Shown: positions 31,581 to 40,997 of the stretch, in pieces
Numbering within the stretch: position 1 is the stretch's first letter
Layout of the letters: the number at the start of each line of letters is the position of its first letter
Assembly: GCA_963725245.1 (NCBI GenBank)
Contig: CAVRYC010000006.1
Coordinates: 3,347 to 67,346 of the forward strand
Length of the DNA: 64,000 nt
Direction: 5' to 3'
From: an uncultured Acidobacteriaceae bacterium
GTDB lineage: Bacteria; Acidobacteriota; Terriglobia; Terriglobales; Acidobacteriaceae
Program-made: the position numbers and the translations under genes
Notes under the pieces: generated by a model
What the model was told of the DNA's origin: nothing
What the model saw: the letters and a program-made list of their open reading frames with translations, nothing else
Databases searched by the model: none

Positions 31581-31677
31581 ATTGCTTCCGGGCTTCGAGC
31601 TACGAACTACGGGCTGCGAGCGAGCCGGGACCGGGTTGCTCAAGCTCGTAGCTCGTAGCCCGCAGCTCGAAGCGCTC
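31581..31677. repeat. second copy, same orientation, of the GCT(A/T)CGA heptamer hairpin
   Basis: attgcttccgggcttcgagctacgaactacgggctgcgagc .. gctcaagctcgtagctcgtagcccgcagctcgaagcgctc. Confidence 0.85.
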
Positions 31678-32221
31678 ATTGCGCTTTCCCCAGCCGGTCG
31701 AGCGCAGCGTGCGCATCCTTGGCAAACGGGCCTTCGGGCAGAATCTTCAGATACTGCTCGTAGTATTTCGTGGCGTCGGTTTTATCTCCGAGTTTTTCCT
31801 GGCACTCGGCGAGACGGAAGCTGGCGACGGCGTCGTTGTCTTTGTAGTAGAGAGCTTCCTTGTAGCGCTCGCGCGCGGCGCGATAGTTCTTGCGCCTGAA
31901 GTAATAATCGCCGACCTCAATGTCTTTCAGCGCCTTCATCGGGTTCCAGGGATGGAACTCCTGGACGCCGGAGGTGTCGGGGCTGTCGCCGACGTCCAGA
32001 TCCCCGACGGCAGACTTGCTGGCAGGATGGTTCTTGGCATCGTCCTTGGGCGCGCTGATATCGATTCTTGTATCGAGGCTGGAGCTTACCTCGGCCTCAC
32101 GATTGCGGGCGGCAGCCTTGTCCGAGGCGGTCTTGTCCGAAACCGTCTTGTCTGACGCATCCTGCGCCAGCGAAAAAGTCGTCAGCAGCGCCAAAGAAAC
32201 AATCAGGAATCGAATACGCAC
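31676..32221 (-). CDS. secreted tetratricopeptide-repeat protein
   Basis: Intact 181-aa ORF. Signal peptide MRIRFLIVSLALLTTFSLAQ. TPR-like GDYYFRRKNYRAARERYKEALYY..AECQEKLGDKTDATKYYEQYL. Confidence 0.65.
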   Translation of the reverse strand: MRIRFLIVSLALLTTFSLAQDASDKTVSDKTASDKAAARNREAEVSSSLDTRIDISAPKDDAKNHPASKSAVGDLDVGDSPDTSGVQEFHPWNPMKALKDIEVGDYYFRRKNYRAARERYKEALYYKDNDAVASFRLAECQEKLGDKTDATKYYEQYLKILPEGPFAKDAHAALDRLGKAQ

Positions 32222-32488
32222 GCCTCAATTGTATCGCTGCAGAGCGCGGTCGAAGTGGGGCCGATGAGCGCAAACGTGAGTGGCGTCGCTAGTCGCGGCA
32301 CAGTGATCCCCGATGATCACATTGCAGAGGATTGAGTCTGCGACCGCGCAGGCCTAGAATTAAATTAGAGATGAAAAGATCAATTTGCGGATCGAGTCTC
32401 GATTTCGGGACCTCGATTGGCAAAGTTCACTTGACCCAATTCTGGGTCGAGCGATCTGCTACCGTCGCGCTAACACCAAGGAGGAATT

Positions 32489-32698
32489 ATGGAACTCACG
32501 TTAACCGCAGAGGAACGGGAGCTTTTGTTGGAGATTCTTGGTGAAAGACATAGTGCACTGCTGAGAGAGATCTCACATACGGACCATCGCGAATTCAAGC
32601 TTGCACTGCGTAAGAGGGAAAAGCTTCTCGAGTCTATCGTGGACCGTCTCAGAGTCATGCAACCAGAGTTGGAACCGATGCAGGAACTTTGCCGCTGA
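32489..32698 (+). CDS. small helical hypothetical protein (69 aa)
   Basis: Strong RBS aaggaggaattATG. MELTLTAEERELLLEILGERHSALLREISHTDHREFKLALRKREKLLESIVDRL. Confidence 0.6.
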   Translation: MELTLTAEERELLLEILGERHSALLREISHTDHREFKLALRKREKLLESIVDRLRVMQPELEPMQELCR

Positions 32699-32757
32699 CA
32701 CTCCTGTCGCCAACCGCGCGGAGAAGGGCCGATAAGCGAAAACGTCAGACAGAATCC

Positions 32758-32792
32758 AAAAAAAACAGGCCGCCCACAAAAGGGACGGCCTG
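32758..32792 (-). terminator. rho-independent terminator for the OmpA-like gene
   Basis: Hairpin caggccg-cccacaaaaggga-cggcctg (32766-32792). It is followed on the minus strand by a run of 8 T (32758-32765). Lies between convergent genes. Confidence 0.7.
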
Positions 32793-32831
32793 GTTTGGCA
32801 AAGTCCTCCGGGGAGGAGGGGAAACTTGTAC

Positions 32832-33588
32832 TTATAACGACGGCGGATTCGCGCTCGCCGTCGGCGTCTGGTTGCTGGGCGCTTGCGCTGGTGTCGTTGC
32901 CGCCCCAGTGTTGGTCATCAGGCGGATATTCACACGGCGATTCTCGGCGCGGCCGCTGGCGAGTTTTATTGGTTTCGACCGGCTTATCCTTACCCAGCCC
33001 GATCACATAAATCTTGTAGGCCGGAACGCTTTTCTCCGCCGCCAGGTACTGAATTACGGCATCGGCGCGGCGCTGGCTCAGTTCGTAGTTGTACTCGGCG
33101 CTGCCCACCGAGTCGGTCGCACCCTCTACCGTGATGATATATCCCTTGGTAGTGGTGACGCTGGCGGCAAGCTGGTCGATGGCTTCTTTGGCATCCTTCG
33201 TTAGATTGTCTTTGTTGAATCCGAAGTGCACCGCCGTCTCCACCACCGGGCGATAGTTATCGAGGTTGACGACCGCGTTGGTCAGAGCGTCCACTCGCTG
33301 GGTCGCGCCATTCGCCGACAGTTGCGCCTTATCGGCTTCGCTTCCCGCAGCCAGAGCCTTCTGGTCTGCCGCCGCCGCACGGGTCTGCACGTCCTGGATG
33401 CCGGCTTGGGCGCGCTGGTCGACGTCCTTGATGTCCCTTGAGTTCTTCGCGGTCAGGTCGTCGAGTTCATTGGTCTTATTGATCAGCGGCGTGGTCTGTT
33501 GACGGACGTAATTCTTGGTTGAACATCCGATCGTTGCGAGCAGTGTCGCCGCCAGCATTAGGGTCAATCTCAACGAGGTGCGATTCAT
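32832..33588 (-). CDS. OmpA-family lipoprotein with a coiled-coil N-terminal region, 1 apparent frameshift near 32965
   Basis: Lipobox LLATIGCSTK. OmpA domain VHFGFNKDNLT, GATDSVGSAEYNYELSQRRADAV. After the frame change: GRAENRRVNIRL. Confidence 0.8.
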
Positions 33589-33861
33589 AAGGTTCAGGGC
33601 TCCTTGCCCAAATATTGCTCTGTGCTGAAATCTGTTTTCAGATCCTGTAAAAGTCTGCGAACTGGTCGCGCTCCTACTTAAAGCACGGGGAATGCCATTT
33701 CGCGTTCTCAAAATAAACGGCTAAATCGCTTCATATCAATACCTTGGAGCCTGACCCTTGATAACAGACGAACCCGCACCCAGGCAATCGCGATATGAAC
33801 CGTAGAAATTTTATACTGTTTGTTTTCTGCTGCTGATTATAGACGCGGGCAACTGATTGCA

Positions 33862-35099
33862 CTAGCCGCTAGACTGTTGCCTGACGAGATTCCAGCACTG
33901 CCGAGCGATCATCCAGTCTTCCTCGGCGTGAATAACTAAAACGCGGACGCCTGCATCGGAAGCGGAGATGTCATTATCATTTTTCAAAGGCGAGGCGTTC
34001 TTCTCCTGGTCGAGCTTCAGGCCAAGGAAGGCAAAATTGTCACACACCGCAGCGCGAACTTCGGGTGAGTTTTCGCCGACTCCCGCAGTGAAAACGAGGG
34101 CGTCAACTCCGCCGAGCACCGCGATCATGGCGCCGATTCCCGATCGCAGGCGATGGATGTAAATATCAAGCGCCAGTTTTGCGCGCGCCATTTTTGCGGG
34201 TTCGTCGCCGTTCTTGCTGGCGGCAAGAATCTGCCGCATATCGCTCGAAATTCCCGATACACCGAGTAGTCCCGACTTCTGATTGAGGACTTCATCAAGT
34301 TGCTGGCCCGAGAGCTTTCTCTGTCGCATCAGATAGGTAAGGATGCCGGGATCGACGGAGCCCGACCGCGTGCCCATCATGAGGCCCTCGAGCGGGGTAA
34401 AACCCATGGTCGTATCCACGCTTCGGCCTTCGCGAATCGCCGCCAAAGAACAGCCATTCCCCAGGTGGCAAGTAACCAGCTTCAGCGAATTCAGGTTCTT
34501 GCCCAGCAACTGCGCCGCTCGCTGTGCGCAATATTGATGATTGATCCCGTGGAATCCGTAGCGGCGAATTCCCTGCTCGAACCACTCGTAAGGCCCAGGA
34601 TAGGTAACTGCCGATAAAGGCATGTTGCGATGAAAGCCGGTGTCGAAGACGGCGATCTGCGGCACTTGACCCAGCAACTTCGCGACCATCTCCATGCCTT
34701 CGAGTTCGGCGCGATTGTGGAGCGGGGCAAAAACGGAAACGCTTTCGATCGCCGACTTAACCTCAGCGGTAACCAGCGCAGGCTCGAAATGTTGCGGGCC
34801 GCCGTGGACCACCCGGTGTCCCACCACATCGATGTCGGAAGGGCCGGAAATCGCTTGCGTCTCGCCGCTCCACAAGCTCTGAAGCAGGCGCTCAATGGCT
34901 TCCCCGCGAGAGCCCACCGACATCTGGTCTTTTCGGGAAACGCCACGGGAGTTCTTGATCGAGAATTCAGCCTGGTGATCCGTCCACTCGATCTTACCCT
35001 CCCAAACACAAGCCGGTGGATCGTCGGGAGGGTATCTCCAATTTCGTAGAGACAGCTCTTCTGGCTGCTGGAGCCGGAGTTGAGAACAAGCACTTTCAT
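33862..35099 (-). CDS. ackA: acetate kinase, 1 apparent frameshift near 35020
   Basis: MKVLVLNSGSSSQK (ORF 34491-35099), then VGHRVVHGG, AVFDTGFH, YGFHGINHQY, HLGNGCS, VFTAGVGENS (ORF 33862-35109). Confidence 0.9.
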
Positions 35100-35116
35100 T
35101 CGATGCCATCTCGGTT

Positions 35117-35240
35117 TGGGTAGGGCACGGCTTCAGACCCTGCGGAAAAACTCGTGTTTCGTATCAGGGTATCGCTTTAGCGATACCGTAAGTCCTTCGA
35201 AATCAAACGCCCCTTTAGGGGCTTGCGCGCGGAAGTCAGC
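35117..35240. repeat. composite repeat: module X (GGGTAGGGCACGGCTT..TGCGGAAAAA) plus two-hairpin module Y (TTCGTATCAGGG..)
   Basis: Y = tttcgtatcagggtatcgctttagcgataccgtaagtccttcgaaatcaaacgcccctttaggggc. Further copies at 40779-40900 and 51229-51300. Confidence 0.85.
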
Positions 35241-35268
35241 ATTCGTTCGGTTCACGATGAGATGACCA

Positions 35269-37676
35269 CTAGTACGGCCAAGTCCAGTCGCGGATTTCCG
35301 GCATATCGTCTCCGCGTTCGCGAATGTATTGCTTATGCGCGACCAGTTTGTTGCGCAGCAACTGCTTGAAGTGGCCTCCGACTTTCTGCAGTCTGGGAAC
35401 CCGGTCCACCACATCCCCCGCCAGGTGGAAGCGGTCAAGATCGTTCATCACCGTCATATCGAACGGGGTGGTGGTTGTGCCCTCTTCTTTATAGCCCCGC
35501 ACATGGAGATTGTCATGATTGTGCCGGCGATAGGTGAGGCGGTGAATCAGCCAGGGATAGCCGTGATAGGCGAAGATAATCGGCTTATCCACCGTGAACA
35601 TGGAATCGAAATCAAGATCGGAGAGACCGTGGGGATGCTCGCTCGAAGGCTGAATGGTCATCAGATCGACGACATTGACCACGCGAATCTTGATGTCGGG
35701 AAAATGCTGCCGTAAAAGATCGACCGCCGCCAAGGTTTCGAGCGTGGGCACGTCGCCCGCGCACGCCATCACGACGTCGGGTTCGGCCCCCTCGTCTGTA
35801 CTGGCCCACTCCCAGATGCCAATCCCGGTAGTGCAGTGTTCGATGGCCGACTCCATGTCGAGAAACTGCAATGCAGGTTGCTTGCCGGCGACGATGACGT
35901 TGACATAATGCCGGCTCCGCAGACAATGATCGCCCACGGAAAGCAGGCAATTAGCGTCGGGCGGAAGGTAAACGCGGACGATGTCGGCTTTCTTATTGAT
36001 CACATGATCGATGAAGCCAGGATCCTGATGGGTGAAGCCGTTGTGATCCTGCCGCCACACGTGAGAAGTCAACAAGTAGTTGAGGGATGCGATCGGACGC
36101 CGCCACTCGATCTCGCGTGTAACCTTCAGCCATTTGGCGTGCTGGTTGAACATGGAATCGATGATGTGGATAAACGCTTCATAGCAGGAGAAGAAGCCAT
36201 GGCGCCCGGTGAGCAGATAGCCTTCCAGCCAGCCCTGGCACATGTGCTCACTGAGCATCTCCAGCACGCGGCCGCGCTGCGAGAGATGTTCGTCCACCGG
36301 GAGGGTGGGCTCCATCCATTCCTTGTCGGTAACCTCAAAGAGAGCGTCCAGCCGGTTCGAGGCCGTCTCATCCGGGCCGAAGACGCGGAAGTTCTTGGCG
36401 TCCGCGTTCAGCTTCATCACGTCGCGCAAAAATCCGCCGAGCACGCGCGTGGCTTCCGCATTCTCGGTGCCAGGTTTCGGAACCTTGACGGCATAATTGC
36501 GAAAGTCGGGCATGACCAAATCGCGCAACAACAAGCCGCCGTTGGCATGCGGATTCGCCCCCATCCTGCGCTCGCCCTTGGGAGCCAATTCCGCGAGTTC
36601 CGGAATTAACTTGCCGTTCTTGTCAAACAATTCCTCGGGCCGGTAACTTTTCATCCAGTCTTCCAGGATCTTCAGGTGTTCCGGCTTCGACTGCAGATCG
36701 GCCACCGGCACTTGATGCGCGCGCCATGTACCCTCTATGGGCTTTCCATCGACCACTTTCGGGCCCGTCCAACCCTTCGGGCTGCGCAGGACTATCATCG
36801 GCCAGGCGGGCAGGCTCGAATCCCCACCGTTGCGAGCGTAGGCTTATCTTGAATCGAGCGAATTTCCTTTACGATCGTGTCCAAAGTTCCGGCCATCAGT
36901 TGATGCATTTCTTCCGGCACGTGCCCCTCGACGAAATAGGGTTTCCAGCCGTAGCCGGTGAAGAGATTGGTAAGCTCCTGATCATCCATCCGGGCAAGCA
37001 CGGTTGGATTCGCGATCTTCCAGCCGTTGAGATGAAGAATCGGCAACACGGCGCCGTCACGCGCGGGATTCAGAAATTTATTGCCATGCCAGCTCGTGGC
37101 TAGCGGGCCCGTTTCCGCCTCGCCGTCTCCCACCACGCAACAGGCGAGCAGGTCGGGGTTGTCGAACACCGCGCCACAGGCGTGCATGATCGAATAACCC
37201 AGTTCCCCACCTTCGTGGATGGAGCCCGGAGTTTCAGGCGCTGCATGACTCGGAATTCCTCCGGGAAAGGAAAATTGTTTGAACAGCCGCTGCAGGCCCT
37301 CTTCGTTTTGCGTGATGTTCGGATAAAACTCGCTGTAGCTGCCCTCCAGGTAGGTATTCGCGACCATTCCGGGGCCGCCGTGGCCGGGGCCGGCCAGGTA
37401 GATGACATTCAGATCGTAGTTCTTGATCAGGCGATTGAAATGGGCGTAGATGAAGTTCAGACCGGGCGTGGTCCCAAAGTGGCCGAGCAGTCGCGGCTTG
37501 ACGTGCTCGATCTTCAGCGGTTCGCGGAGAAGCGGATTGGCGTACAGATAAATCTGGCCGACGGAAAGATAGTTGGCCGCACGCCAGTAGGCGTCGATCT
37601 TGCGCAACTCTTCGGGCGTCAGGGGCTGCATGGAAGTATGATGCTGCGGGGAGTTTACAGAGGCTACGGGAGTCAT
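35269..37676 (-). CDS. xfp: xylulose-5-phosphate/fructose-6-phosphate phosphoketolase, 1 apparent frameshift near 36843
   Basis: [38 protein letters not shown], and the C-terminal half [32 protein letters not shown]. ORFs 36795-37676 and 35269-36798. Confidence 0.9.
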
Positions 37677-38116
37677 CGAATCCAGCCTTTCTATTTCGTG
37701 CTGTTTCGTATCTTAATTTCTCGGAGTCACCTCCGCCAACACCCGTCAGGACGTACCCCGGATATCTGACCGCCGGCCACGCTCCAGCACTAGGGAGTTC
37801 GATTAAGTCCCCGAGGTCCCCCGTGCACCCGTGTACCCTGTGGTTAAGCCTTTTGCCACACTTAATCAGAGTTTCCCTAGCACGTGGAAACCTCACTTTG
37901 CCAGCACTTCGTAGACGCCCTGACGCCCGAAGTATAGGCCAGAAGAACTCCGCCCGGAACCGCGCTCCTGGTCTGGTCTCATTTCTATTTCCCACTTTCT
38001 ATTCCCCACCAGGCATTCCCTCTGCGATACTCATCACAGAAGCTACCGCCCGTCATGGCTGCAGAAATTGCGGGCGCTGAGACTGGAAACAAGTTGGGGA
38101 GGGGAGGATTGCCATA

Positions 38117-38592
38117 ATGATGTTATATCGTCTCGTTCGGCTGATCGAGAGCCACTCCCAAGCACTCGCTGCTGGCCTTCTCGATCAAGTCCGGAATTCC
38201 AAGTTGACCCAAACTTCCAACAAAACGTCCCACCTGAAGATCTGAACGAACGGGTGGGCGAGATCTACCGTCATCTGGGCGAGTGGCTCATGGGCAAGGA
38301 TGAACTCCAACTGGAGCAGCGCTATTTGCAAATTGGCGCGCAGCGGGCCGGCCAGCGCGTGCCGATGAGCGAGGTGATTTGGGTGATCGTTTTGACCAAG
38401 GATAACCTGTGGGAGTTCATCAAGAAAGAATCGATTCTGGATCGCCCGGTGGAAGTTTTCGGCGAACTGGAAATGCTGCAGTTGCTGGAGCAGTTTTTTG
38501 ACCGGGCAATTTACTATGCCTCGGTCGGTTACGAACAGGCGGTCGCGAACCCAGCTCTCAGGGAAACGGGCGCATCATCCAAGGAAGTATAA
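38117..38592 (+). CDS. hypothetical protein, 1 apparent frameshift near 38220
   Basis: RBS ggaggattgccataATG. MMLYRLVRLIESHSQALAAGLLDQVRNS joins ..FQQNVPPEDLNERVGEIYRHLGEWL..IWVIVLTKDNLWEFI.. in ORF 38068-38592. Confidence 0.5.
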
Positions 38593-38693
38593 AGTATTAT
38601 AAGGAGACGGCCGCTATAGCTGTCATAGGGGATCGAATACACGAGAAGAGCGGGCTCCAACGAGAGGTCTCCGGCTCCGCGGAGTCCGGCTGG

Positions 38694-39080
38694 ATGGACA
38701 CCATGCCACATAAAAATCGCGACATTCTTGAAATCCTGCGGCTCGAGTTGAAATTCCTGGAAGAGGGCGGCTATGCTGACACGCCCTTCGCGCCCTGGCG
38801 CGCCCCCTACATTTTTGAGGATTCTCCAAGCTGCCTGAACTTTGGGGATGCCGCCCGGCCCCATCCCTGCATTGATTGCCTGCTGACGCAGTTGGTTCCC
38901 CCGGAATTCCGAAAGAAAGACGTGCCGTGCCGATTCATTCCGCTCAACGACAAAGGTCAGACGATCGACTCCCTCTACCGCACCGGCACACAAGAAGAGA
39001 TCGAAGAGGCCCTGCGCGACTGGCTCCGCCGGGAGATCAGCCGGATCGAAGCCGAACGAACCGTTCCCGAGCGCAAATAG
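38694..39080 (+). CDS. hypothetical protein with four cysteines (128 aa)
   Basis: Intact ORF. SPSCLNFGDAARPHPCIDCLLTQLVPPEFRKKDVPCRFIPL. No family recognised. Confidence 0.5.
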   Translation: MDTMPHKNRDILEILRLELKFLEEGGYADTPFAPWRAPYIFEDSPSCLNFGDAARPHPCIDCLLTQLVPPEFRKKDVPCRFIPLNDKGQTIDSLYRTGTQEEIEEALRDWLRREISRIEAERTVPERK

Positions 39081-39154
39081 CCCGCACAGGCTTGTTGCGC
39101 ACACGCTTTTGCGCAACCACTTTTGCGCAACCACGGAACAGGAAGTCCCGGTGG

Positions 39155-39868
39155 TCAGGAATGAACCATTTCTTTCAGCGCGGCTTTGTTGCGGATAATC
39201 AGGGTCGCGCCTTTTAATTGCACCAGTTGTTTCTTCTTGAACTGCGAGAACAAGCGGCTGACGGTTTCACGCGTCGTGCCAATGATTTCGGCGATTTCCT
39301 CATGCGTCAAGGTCAGCTTCAACTGCAGAGGATCGCCATTGCCCACGGCATTCGACCACCCCAGCAGTAATTGTGCGAATCTCTCGGAAGGGGAGTTGGT
39401 GAGTCCCAGGGCGCGGATCCCTTCATACGCCGTGTAGTAATTGCGGCTTAGCTGCTCCGCTACTCGCACCGCCACTTCTCCATATTCACGCATGAATTGC
39501 AGCAAGGCATCCCGGGTAATGAAATTTGCCTGGCCCGGCTCGATCATCTCGGCGGTCACTTCGTAAGGCCGGTTGGAAATCGTGGCGCTGAGCCCCAGGA
39601 CATCTCCCGCTTCGGAGATCTTGGTGATGACGGTTTTGCCCTCATCCGATGAAGTCGAAAGCTTCGCTTTCCCCGTGCACAGCACAAATACCCCGCGTGG
39701 CTGCTGTCCCTCGATAAACAGCATCGCGGATCTTGGGTAGACCGCGGTGGATCGGATCTCATTCAACCTGTGCAGCGCGACCACCGGCAGATTGCAGAAT
39801 AAATACTCCTCCCGCATCGGGCAGGTGAGGCAGTTGTCGAGGATGTTGAGCCCGTAGGGCGCGCGCAT
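39155..39868 (-). CDS. Crp/Fnr-family transcriptional regulator with an N-terminal Cys motif
   Basis: Start at the internal Met (MRAPYGLNILDNCLTCPMREEYLFC). cNMP-binding-like fold (GVFVLCTGKAKLSTSSDEGKTVI). C-terminal HTH (LTHEEIAEIIGTTRETVSRLFSQFKKKQLV). Confidence 0.85.
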   Translation of the reverse strand: MRAPYGLNILDNCLTCPMREEYLFCNLPVVALHRLNEIRSTAVYPRSAMLFIEGQQPRGVFVLCTGKAKLSTSSDEGKTVITKISEAGDVLGLSATISNRPYEVTAEMIEPGQANFITRDALLQFMREYGEVAVRVAEQLSRNYYTAYEGIRALGLTNSPSERFAQLLLGWSNAVGNGDPLQLKLTLTHEEIAEIIGTTRETVSRLFSQFKKKQLVQLKGATLIIRNKAALKEMVHS

Positions 39869-39907
39869 TCGTAACCGTCTTCCGCGCAAAATTGTATCAC
39901 TGATCAC

Positions 39908-39923
39908 TGTGATCAGGATCACA
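39908..39923. promoter_or_regulatory. perfect CRP/FNR-type palindrome TGTGATCAGGATCACA upstream of the Crp/Fnr gene, in the region divergent to the OsmC-like gene
   Basis: 7-bp arms TGTGATC / GATCACA. Lies 40-55 bp upstream of the regulator start codon. Confidence 0.6.
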
Positions 39924-40139
39924 AAAGAACGTGACTTCACGCATGGTCTCGCAAGCCATCTGCGAGCAGAATCTATTACCACGGGAGTGTGTGGAAGCTG
40001 TGCAGATGAAGGCCTCCATGAGCACCCCCCACTACCCGCACCCGAAGCTGCGGCCAAAGTCGTAACATTTCGAGCTTTCCTACTGCGTTCTTGATGCCTC
40101 TGTGACTTTCAAATGCGGAACAAGAAAGGTGATGACACC

Positions 40140-40670
40140 ATGGCAGAAGGACATCGGTTTCGAGTAGTGGCCTGGTGGGCCTCCGGCCGGACTGGCATTG
40201 CAAAATCCAGTTCTGCGCCCAATGCCATCCACTTCACTTCGCCGCCTGCTTTTGGCGGCTTGGAGGGCCGGTGGACACCGGAGGACTTGCTGCTCTGCGC
40301 GGTCGCCAGTTGCTATACCACAACCTTTCGCACCCTCGCAGAATACTCAAAGTTCGAGTACACCGACCTGCAGGTGGAAGCGGACGGTGTGATCGGCAAG
40401 AGTGCCGCCGGATACAGCTTTGGCGAGGTGTTGATTCGCGCGAATCTGACGATTTCGCAGGAAGATGAACGGGCACAGGCCATCAAGCTTTTACACAAGG
40501 CTAAGGAGCAATGCCTGGTGTCGCGCGCCCTCGCGCTCGAACAGAGATTTGAACCAAGCGTGCAGGTGGGTGAACCACGAGTGGAAACTAGCCGGCCTTT
40601 GCCCGCTTTCCCACAAAGACGCTGTGACGTTGACGCGCGCAATCGCAACGGTTGGCGCATGATTCGGTAG
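40140..40670 (+). CDS. OsmC/Ohr-family protein
   Basis: GRTGIAKSSSAPNAIHFTSPPAFGG..WTPEDLLLCAVASCYTTTF..KAKEQCLVSRAL. Confidence 0.7.
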   Translation: MAEGHRFRVVAWWASGRTGIAKSSSAPNAIHFTSPPAFGGLEGRWTPEDLLLCAVASCYTTTFRTLAEYSKFEYTDLQVEADGVIGKSAAGYSFGEVLIRANLTISQEDERAQAIKLLHKAKEQCLVSRALALEQRFEPSVQVGEPRVETSRPLPAFPQRRCDVDARNRNGWRMIR

Positions 40671-40778
40671 TGTCTCAGTTTCAAAACCGGGACCCTGCCC
40701 GCTCCGGGACGCTGCCCGTGCTTCCAAGAAGACGCGGCTGAACATTCCCCGATAGTTTTCCTCATAGAACTGGTCTAC

Positions 40779-40900
40779 CGTTTCGTATCGGGGCATCGCT
40801 TCAGCGATGCAGTAAGTTTTCCGCAATCAGACGCCCCTTTAGGGGCTGCGGGCGCAAAGCTAGACTTTTTCCGCATCCTTTGAAAGCCGTGCCCTACCCG
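40779..40900. repeat. composite repeat: module Y followed by inverted module X
   Basis: tttcgtatcggggcatcgcttcagcgatgcagtaagttttccgcaatcagacgcccctttaggggc .. tttttccgcatcctttgaaagccgtgccctaccc. Confidence 0.85.
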
Positions 40901-40997
40901 ACCCATTTAGGAGATCAGTTTTAGTCTATCCTCATAGTCTATCCTTTAAGCTGTCGGATTCTTCGCCGCGGCAAAGTTAAGGGGATGAGGAACCATT

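Noticed and set aside
37677-38116. The long upstream region of xfp as a carrier of a riboswitch, small RNA or CRP/FNR box.
   Set aside because: I found no TGTGA-N6-TCACA or TTGAT-N4-ATCAA match, no convincing conserved hairpins, and no similarity to the repeat families. Nothing specific can be supported by eye.
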